Positions 23,702-32,236 of a stretch of DNA of 32,236 nt are shown here, piece after piece (the stretch's first letter is position 1; each line of letters begins with the position of its first letter). Made by a program: the position numbers and the translations under genes. This DNA is from a virus (Duplodnaviria; Caudoviricetes), in IMG/VR virus record IMGVR_UViG_3300008224_000003, positions 1 through 32,236 of that record. One strand, written 5' to 3'. Under the pieces are notes generated by a model, which was not told the origin of the DNA, ran no database searches, and saw nothing but the letters and a program-made list of their open reading frames with translations.

Positions 23702-24229
23702 ATGACAGTTTCAATCACAAAACCCACAATAGGCGGGTCGGAAAATACCTGGGGCACCACGAACAACCAGGCGCTCGATGACATCGTCGCGGTTTTGAAT
23801 GGCACGACAGCAAGCACCCCGGATATTACGGCTGGTTCGTTTAAGGTAAGCGGCACCGCTGTCACCTCAGTAGCGGCTGATTTGAACATATTGTCTGGCG
23901 CGGCGGCGGCTGGAGTTACTGCAACTGAGTTCGTTCATCTAAACGGCGTGAGTAGCGCGATCCAGACGCAGATTGACGCAAAAGCTCCCATCGCCAGCCC
24001 GACATTTACGGGCACGACAACGGCTCCCACTGTAAGTTCAACCACAATTACCGCGACAACAGTTACTGGCACAACGGTTAATGTAACAACGGTCGATTTT
24101 GGCGATTGGACGATTACAGAAAGCAGCGGCGTTCTGTATTTTGCGACAGGCGGCACAAATAAAATGAAATTGGATGCTTCAGGCAATTTGACGGTGGTTG
24201 GGAACGTAACAGCCTATGGGACGATGTAA
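23702..24229 (+). CDS. Short tail fibre
   Basis: TKPTIGGSE.TWG..N N-terminus, L.GVSS.IQTQID.KAP.ASPTFTG, and C-terminal KLD.SGNL.V.GNVTAY. Confidence 0.78.
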   Translation: MTVSITKPTIGGSENTWGTTNNQALDDIVAVLNGTTASTPDITAGSFKVSGTAVTSVAADLNILSGAAAAGVTATEFVHLNGVSSAIQTQIDAKAPIASPTFTGTTTAPTVSSTTITATTVTGTTVNVTTVDFGDWTITESSGVLYFATGGTNKMKLDASGNLTVVGNVTAYGTM

Positions 24230-25209
24230 TGACACTCCAAACAACAGGTGCAATATCGTTAAATGATATTCACACAGAAGTTGGGGGCACTTCTGGTACA
24301 GAGGCCAGCATAAACGACAGTGATATAAGGTCGATCATTGGCAAATCTTCTGGCGTAGCGATGTCGTTTTCAGAGTGGTATGGCGCGGCCTATGCGCCGA
24401 CTTGGAATACAAGTCAGCTACGGTTTGACGATGCAGAAGGTAATTCTCTTGGGTCGCCAGATTATGTTGAGACATATGGGGGCAACTTTACTCTCAGTTA
24501 TACTGGCGCGGTTGCAATTATAGCAATTGGCGGCGGTGGCGGTGGCGCGGGGTATGATGATCTAAGCGGCATGAATTCTGATGTGAAAACGTCAGGCGGC
24601 GGGGGTGGCGGCGTGGCTATCAAGGGCATTTCAGGTATGTCTGGTATGTCATTTACTGCGTCAGCAGGTTCAGGTGGTACAGATGCAGACGATGTTTCTG
24701 GTGCAAACCCTTACCATAACGGAGATGGTGTTGCGGGTGGAAATACCACGGTGTCAGGAAATGGAATATCTTTAACCGCAAATGGCGGCAGTGGTGGACA
24801 GGTTGCATCAACAAGTGGCCCTAATGACGATATTTGGAGTTCAGGAAGTGGCAGTGGGGGAACGGCTACTGGTGGCGATAGTAATTACACAGGCGGGACA
24901 GGCTCTAACCCACCTGATAACGATTATGCAACATCTGGTGGTGGTGGTGCAGGTGGTGGTAACAGCCCTGTTACTACTGCAACATACCCTTCAGGTGGTA
25001 CAAGCCCTCTAGAAAGTAGTGTTCTTGGACCTTACGTTGGCAGTGGTGGAACAGCTAGGGCTTCTGGTTATCCTTACTATACGGGTGGGACAGGTGGAAC
25101 GTATGGCGGTGGCGGTGGCGCAGGAATTGCAAGTGATCAAGGTACTCTAGACGGAAATGGTGGTCACGGTGGAGCGGGAAGAATTATCGTAATGTATTGG
25201 ACGCCATAG
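24229..25209 (+). CDS. Gly-rich fibre-tip adhesin (T-even gp38-like organisation)
   Basis: N-terminal GAISL.DI..E.GG...S.ND.DIR..MSFSEWYG attachment-like domain, multiple GGGGG blocks, C-terminal G.GG.G.IIV.Y. Confidence 0.75.
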   Translation: MTLQTTGAISLNDIHTEVGGTSGTEASINDSDIRSIIGKSSGVAMSFSEWYGAAYAPTWNTSQLRFDDAEGNSLGSPDYVETYGGNFTLSYTGAVAIIAIGGGGGGAGYDDLSGMNSDVKTSGGGGGGVAIKGISGMSGMSFTASAGSGGTDADDVSGANPYHNGDGVAGGNTTVSGNGISLTANGGSGGQVASTSGPNDDIWSSGSGSGGTATGGDSNYTGGTGSNPPDNDYATSGGGGAGGGNSPVTTATYPSGGTSPLESSVLGPYVGSGGTARASGYPYYTGGTGGTYGGGGGAGIASDQGTLDGNGGHGGAGRIIVMYWTP

Positions 25210-25219
25210 AAAGTAGCTA

Positions 25220-26710
25220 ATGACACTTGTACCCTTAGAAATACCGCCCGGCGTGTTTAGAAACGGCACTGACTTGCAGTCAGCTGGTCGGTGGAGAGAT
25301 GCAAACCTGGTGCGCTGGATGGGCAGCGCCCTGCAACCGGTCGGCGGCTGGCGTGAGCGAAAGACATCGTTCTGCACAAACCCGGTGCGCGGCATGCACA
25401 CTTGGGAAGCCAACAACGGCACGGCCTATGTCGCCGGGGGATCATACAACGAGCTAAAGGCGATGACCGGAAACGGGTCATTGTTTGATATCACGCCTTC
25501 CGATCTGACAGCTGGCCGGGAAGATGCGGCAGTGGAAACCGGCTATGGCTATGGGTTTTATGGCGATGGCTACTATGGCCAGCCGATCCAGCAAAACGCC
25601 AATGCCGTTCCGCAAGAGGCAACTGCTTGGTCGCTGGATAATTTTGGCCAATACCTAGTCGCTTGCAATAAAGAGGATGGCCGATTGCTGGAGTGGCAGC
25701 TGGGGTCTTCAGCTGACGCCGCGCCAATCGCAAATGCCCCGGTCGATAATGTGGGGCTGGTCGTAACGGAAGAGCGGTTTATCTTTGCCCTGGGCAGTGG
25801 CGGTAACCCCAGAAAGATCAGCTGGTGCGACCGCGAGGCAAATACTGTCTGGGCCGCTGCCGCAACAAACGAAGCTGGTGACATCGAACTGGCCGACACT
25901 GGCCAGATCATGCAGGGCATTCGGACGCGCGGCCAGACGCTGATTTTAACCGATACGTCAGCCCATGCGGCGCGATACATCGGCCCCCCGTATGTGTTCA
26001 GCTTCCAGCGGGTTGGAACCAGCTGTGGGACAATATCTCGCAAGGCTGCATCTGATGTGGATGAGGGCGTATTTTGGATGGGCCAGAAGGGCTTCTTCCA
26101 TTTTGACGGCAACCGCGTCCAGGAAATTCGGTGCGATGTTCACGACTATGTCTTTGGTGATTTTAACGCGGCACAGCAATCAAAGGTCTGGTCGTTTGCC
26201 AATGGCCAGCACGGTGAGATTTGGTGGTTCTATTGCTCAAGCGGCTCCACTGAAATTGACCGATATGTGGCGTTGGATTACAAAGAAAATCATTGGATTA
26301 TCGGCAACCTGGAGCGCACCTCTGGCGTCCAGCGGGGCGTATTCCGCTATCCATTTCTAGCTGGCCACAACGCTGACAGCGACATCTACGAACATGAGGT
26401 TGGTCTAAACGTAGACAGCGCAAATATCTTTGCGGAGAGCGGCCCGATCAGCATTGGCACTGGCGAGCAAATTGCAAAGGTCACAAGGGTCATCCCGGAT
26501 GAAAAATCTCAGGGTGATGTCAGCTTGACGTTCAAGACGCGCCTCTACCCGAATGGCAGCGAGACAAGTCACGGCCCATTCACAACGGCCAATCCGACCT
26601 CGGTGCGATTTAGTGGCCGACAAATTCGGATGCGCGTTGACGGCTCTGTCCTGTCAGATTTCAGGGTGGGAAATATGCGAATTAACATGGTTCCAGGGGG
26701 GCGCAGATAA
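25220..26710 (+). CDS. Tail nozzle / DNA stabilisation protein (P22 gp10-like position)
   Basis: 496 aa, beta-rich; L.IPPGV..NGT....GRW.D.NLVRW, WSLDNFG, I.WCD.E and G.PYVF motifs. Confidence 0.8.
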   Translation: MTLVPLEIPPGVFRNGTDLQSAGRWRDANLVRWMGSALQPVGGWRERKTSFCTNPVRGMHTWEANNGTAYVAGGSYNELKAMTGNGSLFDITPSDLTAGREDAAVETGYGYGFYGDGYYGQPIQQNANAVPQEATAWSLDNFGQYLVACNKEDGRLLEWQLGSSADAAPIANAPVDNVGLVVTEERFIFALGSGGNPRKISWCDREANTVWAAAATNEAGDIELADTGQIMQGIRTRGQTLILTDTSAHAARYIGPPYVFSFQRVGTSCGTISRKAASDVDEGVFWMGQKGFFHFDGNRVQEIRCDVHDYVFGDFNAAQQSKVWSFANGQHGEIWWFYCSSGSTEIDRYVALDYKENHWIIGNLERTSGVQRGVFRYPFLAGHNADSDIYEHEVGLNVDSANIFAESGPISIGTGEQIAKVTRVIPDEKSQGDVSLTFKTRLYPNGSETSHGPFTTANPTSVRFSGRQIRMRVDGSVLSDFRVGNMRINMVPGGRR

Positions 26711-27060
26711 TGCCTTCGCCCATTCTCCCGCCAATTGGCTTTGATCTGTCGCAGTGGGGCATTCAGCTGACCTCGTTTTTGCAGACAAACCTAGCAAAGC
26801 TTGGCTTCAAGACGGCCGACGATAACCCCAGCGAGGACGGCGTGATCCTGTGGGATGCAGCAAATAAGTACGTTGTCGTTTCACTGGACGGCGCCTTTCG
26901 CCAGGTGGCGACCAAGCAAGCCGTGCCAGCTGCGAATACTGGCGTTGCCGGGGATGTGGACGGCATGGTCAGTTGGGACAATAGCTACATCTATATCTGC
27001 ACGGGCGCGCACGATGGCTCTACGGCGATCTGGAAGCGGGTTGGGCTGAGTACATGGTGA
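26710..27060 (+). CDS. Small tail-associated protein
   Basis: 116 aa; C-terminal G..G.VSWD.SYIYIC......WKRV.LSTW motif typical of phage fibre modules. Confidence 0.7.
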   Translation: MPSPILPPIGFDLSQWGIQLTSFLQTNLAKLGFKTADDNPSEDGVILWDAANKYVVVSLDGAFRQVATKQAVPAANTGVAGDVDGMVSWDNSYIYICTGAHDGSTAIWKRVGLSTW

Positions 27061-27066
27061 TCGAGC

Positions 27067-27426
27067 ATGACTGAATTGGGGCGCTGTAAGGAATGGATAG
27101 AGGCCGCTCTGGCGAAGGGCGAGGGCACACATGACTTCTGGGATATCGTTGACGGGGTGTATTCCGGGCATATGCAGCTTTGGCCTCGCGCCAAAGGGTG
27201 TTTGATAACGGAAGTGGTGGTATACCCAAAAAGAAAGATACTTAATGTCTTCCTGGGCGCTGGCGAGCTTGATGAGCTAGCCGACATGCACGAAGAAATT
27301 ATTAAGTGGGCAAAGGATAGCGGGTGCGATGGCGCATCCATAAACGGCCGGCGCGGCTGGGTACGCGCGTTTAAGCAATACGGCTGGAAAGAAATACAAA
27401 GCACAGTAGGATTGGACTTCACATGA
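27067..27426 (+). CDS. Putative GNAT-fold protein preceding the ejection genes
   Basis: L.VFL.AG.L, WAK..GC and GRRGW.R motifs; position between nozzle and internal proteins, as for T7 gp13. Confidence 0.6.
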   Translation: MTELGRCKEWIEAALAKGEGTHDFWDIVDGVYSGHMQLWPRAKGCLITEVVVYPKRKILNVFLGAGELDELADMHEEIIKWAKDSGCDGASINGRRGWVRAFKQYGWKEIQSTVGLDFT

Positions 27427-27893
27427 GTGGCGGCAAAGGCGGTAAAAAAGAGACAGCCCAGGTTAACCGGATGCCTGGCTATGCAGAGGCGGTCGGGATC
27501 GGCAACCTAGAAAAGGCTGACGCAATTTCGGGAATGGGTCCGATCAGAAATTACGGGCCGACCGTGGCGGCATTTAATCCGACACAAATCTCATCCTTTC
27601 AAAACACGGCCGATACAGCCAGCGCATTCGGTATGGGCGCGCCCTCAGACATAATGGCTGGGATGCCAGCGCCAACAGATTTTGGCGGCATGTCGGGCTA
27701 CTCAGCCGCGCCAATCGTTGACGATGCGCTTGCCAAGCTAAAGGCAGAGGCGCCTGGGCAATATGATGCGATGACGGGAATGTACATGGACCCGGTGACG
27801 GGTGAGCGCCCAGCTGAGCGGCCCTTCGCGGCAATGAACCCAGGCATTCTGGAAGAATTAATGAACGACTATGCTAGATTGAGGATATCATAA
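27423..27893 (+). CDS. Internal virion / ejection protein
   Basis: MSGGKGG N-terminus, YGPTVAAF.P.Q motif, Gly/Ala/Met-rich. Confidence 0.65.
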   Translation: MSGGKGGKKETAQVNRMPGYAEAVGIGNLEKADAISGMGPIRNYGPTVAAFNPTQISSFQNTADTASAFGMGAPSDIMAGMPAPTDFGGMSGYSAAPIVDDALAKLKAEAPGQYDAMTGMYMDPVTGERPAERPFAAMNPGILEELMNDYARLRIS

Positions 27894-28675
27894 TGAGCGG
27901 TGCATCAAATCCCGTAAACTCAACAGGTTATGTTGATAGCACCGGTGTTTATCGTGCGCCTGGTGAAAATGGTTTCCAAGGTTTCAACCCAAATCAAAGT
28001 GTCGGCCAAACATCAGCTGATACCTACAATGCGGCGGTGAATGCCACCGGCGCGGCGATGAACTTTCAGCCTGGCACAATGGCTGGCGCGGACCTCACGC
28101 AATATCAAAATCCCTGGCAGCAACAGGTGATCGATAACAACCTAACGTCGATGAACCGGGCCAACCAAATGGCGCTGAATAATGTCGGTGCGAATGCGTC
28201 CAACGCCGGCGCTTATGGCGGCTCACGGCACGGCGTAGCAGAGGCACAAACAAACGCAGATTTCAACAACCAGGCCGCGCAGATGATTGCGCAGCAAAAT
28301 CAGGCTGGGTTTCAGAACGCGCAGAACATGGCGCAGTATGATATCGGCAATCAGTTTAATCAGCAAAATGCCACCCTGAACGCAGCTAATCAGTTGGGTG
28401 GGTTAAGCCAGCAAGGGTTCAACTACGATCAAAAAATCAACCAAAATTTGGCAAATGTCGGCAACCAACAGCAAAATCTTATCCAACAGCTGATGAATGC
28501 CGCAAACCAGCAATACGGCGACATCACAGGCTACGGCAACACAATGCTCTCCCTGCCCTTCCAGGCGATGGGGCAACAGCCAATGTCAACATCTGGCACT
28601 TCGACTAGCACAGCGCAGCCAGGTATCTTTGATTATCTGACAGCCTTTGCAAGCATGGGTCCAGGGGGGCAATAA
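27893..28675 (+). CDS. Gln/Asn-rich DNA pilot / ejection protein
   Basis: Y.NPWQQQVID and AGAYGGSRHGVAEA motifs, Q/N-rich helix, S/T-rich tail. Confidence 0.78.
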   Translation: MSGASNPVNSTGYVDSTGVYRAPGENGFQGFNPNQSVGQTSADTYNAAVNATGAAMNFQPGTMAGADLTQYQNPWQQQVIDNNLTSMNRANQMALNNVGANASNAGAYGGSRHGVAEAQTNADFNNQAAQMIAQQNQAGFQNAQNMAQYDIGNQFNQQNATLNAANQLGGLSQQGFNYDQKINQNLANVGNQQQNLIQQLMNAANQQYGDITGYGNTMLSLPFQAMGQQPMSTSGTSTSTAQPGIFDYLTAFASMGPGGQ

Positions 28676-28677
28676 AT

Positions 28678-29769
28678 ATGGGAATTTTAGGCAATTTGTT
28701 TAAAGACCCCGGCACAATGGATCGGATGGCCCTGGCGTTTAATCAGCTGCGCATGGACCCAGACCCAAATTTGGCGGGTGTCATGCAGGGGCGCCAGGCG
28801 ATGCGGCAACAGCAAGCTGGGCGCGATGCGGCGATGGAGTTTTTCAAGGGCAAGCCCGGCACTGATGGCTATCTCGCTGCCCTGAGCGCTGGTGGTGATG
28901 GCTCAAGCTTGATCCAGAATTATATTACCGCGCAAAATGCATCGGCGCGCACTAATTCAGGTAAGGTTGACCGAAACAAGTCGATTGAATTTTTGCGAAA
29001 GAAGTGTGGCGAGGGTGACACAGACGCATGTACAATCGCTGACATGATCGAGGCCGGCGGGTCCGCTTCTCAGCTGCTTGGAATTTACTACCAGGGGCAA
29101 GTGACTGGCGAAAAGCAACAGCGATCCAAAATTTATCCAGGCGGCTTAGAGATTAAGCACTTTGGTGACGGCACGACTAAGTATTTCAAAAACGGCGTTG
29201 AGTTGGTAAACCAAGACGACATCCTGCAAGCGCAAATCGATGCGCAAGATTTTGAGGCACAAGGCAAGGGCAAAAATAAAGGCGCTGAGCTTGAGGCGAA
29301 AGAGGTTTCGCAAATGAAAGTTGCCATCCGAGGCGTAAGAGAGCGCATCGAGGCGACCTCACCGCTGGTTGAAGAGTTATTTAATCACCCAGGCATGGAA
29401 GACGCGGTTGGCTCCTTGGTAAAGTCGAATATGGAGCCAAATGCATTCCCGCAAGGAAGCCCATCAAGAGACTTTATCACCAAGTACAATCAGCTGGCTG
29501 GCAAGATATTCCTGTCAGCATTTGAGGGCTTAAAGGGCGGTGGTCAGATAACGGAGCTTGAGGGTCAAAAGGCACAAGAGGCTGCATCGAGCATCAGCCG
29601 GACACTAAGCGCCGACCAGCTGCGCGGGGCGATGCGGCAGTACATGCAAGATTTAGTCTCGCAGCACCAGCGATTGATCATTCAGTACAAAAACGCAAAG
29701 GCGCAGAGCGAACCCAAGCCTTTGCCTAATGACATTTTTACTTTCCCGGACCTTGGGGGTGAGGGCTGA
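28678..29769 (+). CDS. Ejection protein
   Basis: 363 aa, helical; FL.AFE.LKGGGQITE.EG.KA..A motif. Confidence 0.7.
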   Translation: MGILGNLFKDPGTMDRMALAFNQLRMDPDPNLAGVMQGRQAMRQQQAGRDAAMEFFKGKPGTDGYLAALSAGGDGSSLIQNYITAQNASARTNSGKVDRNKSIEFLRKKCGEGDTDACTIADMIEAGGSASQLLGIYYQGQVTGEKQQRSKIYPGGLEIKHFGDGTTKYFKNGVELVNQDDILQAQIDAQDFEAQGKGKNKGAELEAKEVSQMKVAIRGVRERIEATSPLVEELFNHPGMEDAVGSLVKSNMEPNAFPQGSPSRDFITKYNQLAGKIFLSAFEGLKGGGQITELEGQKAQEAASSISRTLSADQLRGAMRQYMQDLVSQHQRLIIQYKNAKAQSEPKPLPNDIFTFPDLGGEG

Positions 29770-29770
29770 C

Positions 29771-31468
29771 ATGGAGCAAGTAACCATTGAAGTTTTGCGG
29801 GAAAAGTACACCGCAGAAAAATACCAAAACATGTCTGATGCTGAACTGGCGCGCAGATACACTAATGCGACCGGCATTCCCGTCACTGGCGTTGAAAAGG
29901 AAATTGAAACGCCAGAGCTAAACGAGCCAGTTGGCTTGGGTGAAGACTTGAGCAAGTCACTAGGCTCAGCTGCCTGGAGCGCCCTGGCCGGCATTATCGG
30001 TCTCCCTGGAGCGGTTACTAATACCGCTGAGATGGGGATGGACCGTATCGGCATGGGGAGCCGCGATGAGGATGAGCGCGCGTTTGGCTTTCCCGAAGCG
30101 AGTGCCGCTATCAATAAATTTAGAGATAAGCTGCCGCCATATCTGGCTGGCACAGACCCAACATATGAGCCGCAAAGCACGGCCGGTCGTTACCTAAAAA
30201 CAGCTGGCGAATTAGCAGCTTCTGGCGGCGCTGGTGGGCTGAGAAAGATGGCCCAGCAAGTTATCGCGCCAACCGTTTTGAGCGAGGGCGGCAGTGACGC
30301 CTTTGAGGGAACTGTCCTGGAAACTCCGGCGCAGATTGCCGGGCTGATGGCCGGCGGTAAGGCGGTTGATGTTGCGGAAAATATGTTTTCCGGCGGCAAG
30401 GTTGACCCTAGCCGGTTACAAGCTGTTAAAAATCTTGAAGATGCCGGGGTCACACCAACGGCCGGCCAGGCCATTGACGGGACCGGCAGCTTATCATTCG
30501 CAGAAGAGGCAACGCGCTCCGGCAAAGCAAAACGCCAGGCCGCAGTTGACCAATTTACTGACGCGGCGATCACGACAGCCATCCCGCCCAGCATGCGCGA
30601 TAGAGTGCAAATCACTCCAGGCATGATGCCGCAAGAAAAAATGGCTGCGCTGCGCACTACGATTACAGACACGATGGACCAGCTGGCGGCGCGTAATTCA
30701 GTTCCGATCACGGCAGATTTGTCTGAGGAAATTGCGAAAGTTGCACAGGATTACAAGGGCAAGCTAAGCACCGCAGAAAAATCTCCATACTTTGAAAATC
30801 TAGCTAAAGAGATGACCGCCCTTGCCGGCGCTGGACAGTTGAAGGGTTCGGCGTTTCAGAGGATCAGAAGCGATCTCAGTCAGCTAACGACTAAAGACGG
30901 CATCACAAAAGTTGCGGCCATCAAGGCGATCAAGGCGCTTGAAGATGCAATGGGTAAGCAAATTACCAAGGGAAGAAACACAGAAGATATCGTTCTGTAT
31001 AAAGATGTTCGCAAGGGCTACAGCGACCTGATGATTTTGGAAAATGCCGCCAAGAAAAATAAGGATGTTGAGTTTAGCATCACGCCATCCGCGCTGGCAA
31101 TTGCCGCTCGGAACAAGGATGCGCAGAGCTATGTCTACGGGCGCGATACATTCTCCGATCTATACAGAGCCGGCAACACGATCCTGACGCGCGCAGGAAA
31201 CCCCAGCGGCACGGCTGGCACTTTAAAGGCAATGGTGCCATATGCGGCGCCTATGGCAGGTGCTGCGCTTGCTAGCATGGCCACGGGCGCCGACAATTTA
31301 GCGGCACTGGCAGGGGTGGCTGCGGTGCCCCTGGCGCGCAACAAAGCACTTCAAAGCGATCTAGCGCAGCAATATTTTAAAAGCACGATGCGGCCAGGAG
31401 AGCGCGCCCCGCTAGCTAGCGCGCCGGGCATCCTAGTCGGGCTGCAAGAGCTTCAGCAAAGTTATTGA
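29771..31468 (+). CDS. Large ejection / DNA transfer protein
   Basis: About 565 aa from ATG 29771 (RBS GAGG); YEPQSTAGRY..T.GE, GV.PTAGQ and SGTA motifs, hydrophobic Ala-rich C-terminal segment. Confidence 0.72.
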   Translation: MEQVTIEVLREKYTAEKYQNMSDAELARRYTNATGIPVTGVEKEIETPELNEPVGLGEDLSKSLGSAAWSALAGIIGLPGAVTNTAEMGMDRIGMGSRDEDERAFGFPEASAAINKFRDKLPPYLAGTDPTYEPQSTAGRYLKTAGELAASGGAGGLRKMAQQVIAPTVLSEGGSDAFEGTVLETPAQIAGLMAGGKAVDVAENMFSGGKVDPSRLQAVKNLEDAGVTPTAGQAIDGTGSLSFAEEATRSGKAKRQAAVDQFTDAAITTAIPPSMRDRVQITPGMMPQEKMAALRTTITDTMDQLAARNSVPITADLSEEIAKVAQDYKGKLSTAEKSPYFENLAKEMTALAGAGQLKGSAFQRIRSDLSQLTTKDGITKVAAIKAIKALEDAMGKQITKGRNTEDIVLYKDVRKGYSDLMILENAAKKNKDVEFSITPSALAIAARNKDAQSYVYGRDTFSDLYRAGNTILTRAGNPSGTAGTLKAMVPYAAPMAGAALASMATGADNLAALAGVAAVPLARNKALQSDLAQQYFKSTMRPGERAPLASAPGILVGLQELQQSY

Positions 31469-32019
31469 GCTTTAAAGCCGGACTGGATGTTTCGGCCGAT
31501 ATGAACTAGGGCGCCAATCACCTCTAAATCGGCAACCTCAAACATCCCCATGTGGCCAGTCCAATGGGGCGATTTGGCAGACAAAAATACCCGATCGCCC
31601 TCCTGGATATCTGGGACGCTGTAGTAACAGGCGTGTCCCTTGGGGAACTTAAAAAGAAAATACCCCTCTACGCGCGGGTCGGTCTGGTGCTTATCGAAAA
31701 ACAACGTATCGCCGGGGATCATATCGGGTTCGTTTCGGCGTGATGCGCAATTCATCCGCGCCAGGTCTGTCCACCCCAAAGTCGCCGCCGTTTCAGAAAT
31801 CAATACCTCGCCCAGGTCCAAATCTTCGACCCGGCAGTGCCTATTTGGCAGTTTGTTTTCTGCGTTCCCCAGCGCCTGCTTTATTTTGAATAGGGTTTTG
31901 GCCTGGGGCGCGACCTCGTTGTTTTCGACCCGCGACAGGACAGCCGGCGCGATGCCAGCCCTGTCTGCTAGTTCGGCCTGAGTTAGGCCGCGCAATTCTC
32001 GTTCTTTCCTTACGTCCAT
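31462..32019 (-). CDS. XRE-family repressor (CI-like) with degenerate S24-like C-terminal domain
   Basis: RELRGLTQAELADRAGI...LSRVEN..P HTH; C-terminal P.M.PGD.LFFD, LS..SP.W and VIG.LV...R pattern. Confidence 0.8.
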   Translation of the reverse strand: MDVRKERELRGLTQAELADRAGIAPAVLSRVENNEVAPQAKTLFKIKQALGNAENKLPNRHCRVEDLDLGEVLISETAATLGWTDLARMNCASRRNEPDMIPGDTLFFDKHQTDPRVEGYFLFKFPKGHACYYSVPDIQEGDRVFLSAKSPHWTGHMGMFEVADLEVIGALVHIGRNIQSGFKAQ

Positions 32020-32236
32020 TTTAGTTTCCAGATTGGATAATTGGCTATTTTGTTTGCGCATTAAGTGAAAATTAAATTGGATTAAAGGCATCAAATGCAT
32101 AGTTTCAAAAATAAGTACAGTAAATACATGTATTTTTTGAAAATATTTCTTTTAAGCCATTGAATTTATTGCATTTCAGTGTCCTCACTGGTTACACGGA
32201 GTAAAACCTAACTATCTGTTTTCATTATATTTTTTC
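32020..32236. promoter_or_regulatory. AT-rich control region upstream of the repressor
   Basis: Perfect 14-bp palindrome AAATACATGTATTT (32122-32135), CAGTG-N4-CACTG (32177-32190), and a near-IHF site on the minus strand around 32153-32165. Confidence 0.5.

Noticed and set aside
17837-25209. Diversity-generating retroelement or invertible fibre switch
   Set aside because: No reverse transcriptase, invertase, template/variable repeat pair or flanking inverted repeats seen.
1-32236. Stop-codon reassignment, tRNA genes, introns or inteins
   Set aside because: Core genes are full-length under the standard code with tight coupling; no cloverleaf or intein motifs were seen by eye (a tRNAscan/Rfam run would confirm).

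Overview
The window is most of a tailed dsDNA phage (or prophage) genome with podovirus-type architecture: no tape-measure gene is visible, and a P22-like portal, adaptor, nozzle and a run of ejection-type proteins are present. The host is probably a marine alphaproteobacterium (weak hint: an SLRPxARP motif). Order on the + strand: putative ssDNA-binding protein, primase-polymerase/SF4-like helicase fusion, small replication-region ORFs, terS, terL, two ejection-like genes, a lysis cassette with an embedded PD-(D/E)xK nuclease, then a minus-strand island of three small ORFs plus an HTH gene, then portal, scaffold, major capsid, adaptor, several fibre/adhesin genes, nozzle, GNAT-like gene and ejection proteins, ending with a convergent XRE repressor. 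The strongest leads are: (1) the minus-strand island at 10705-12049, built like an acr-aca (anti-defence) operon, with a palindrome-covered sigma70 promoter and a duplicated hairpin+RBS leader; (2) a three-hairpin RNA at 766-877 that displays an anti-Shine-Dalgarno loop; (3) a 577-aa ejection-like protein with an HhH-GPD glycosylase/lyase-type K-x17-D-x-H motif; (4) a six-bladed propeller module in the fibre region. All protein calls come from motif recognition and synteny by eye; no searches were run.
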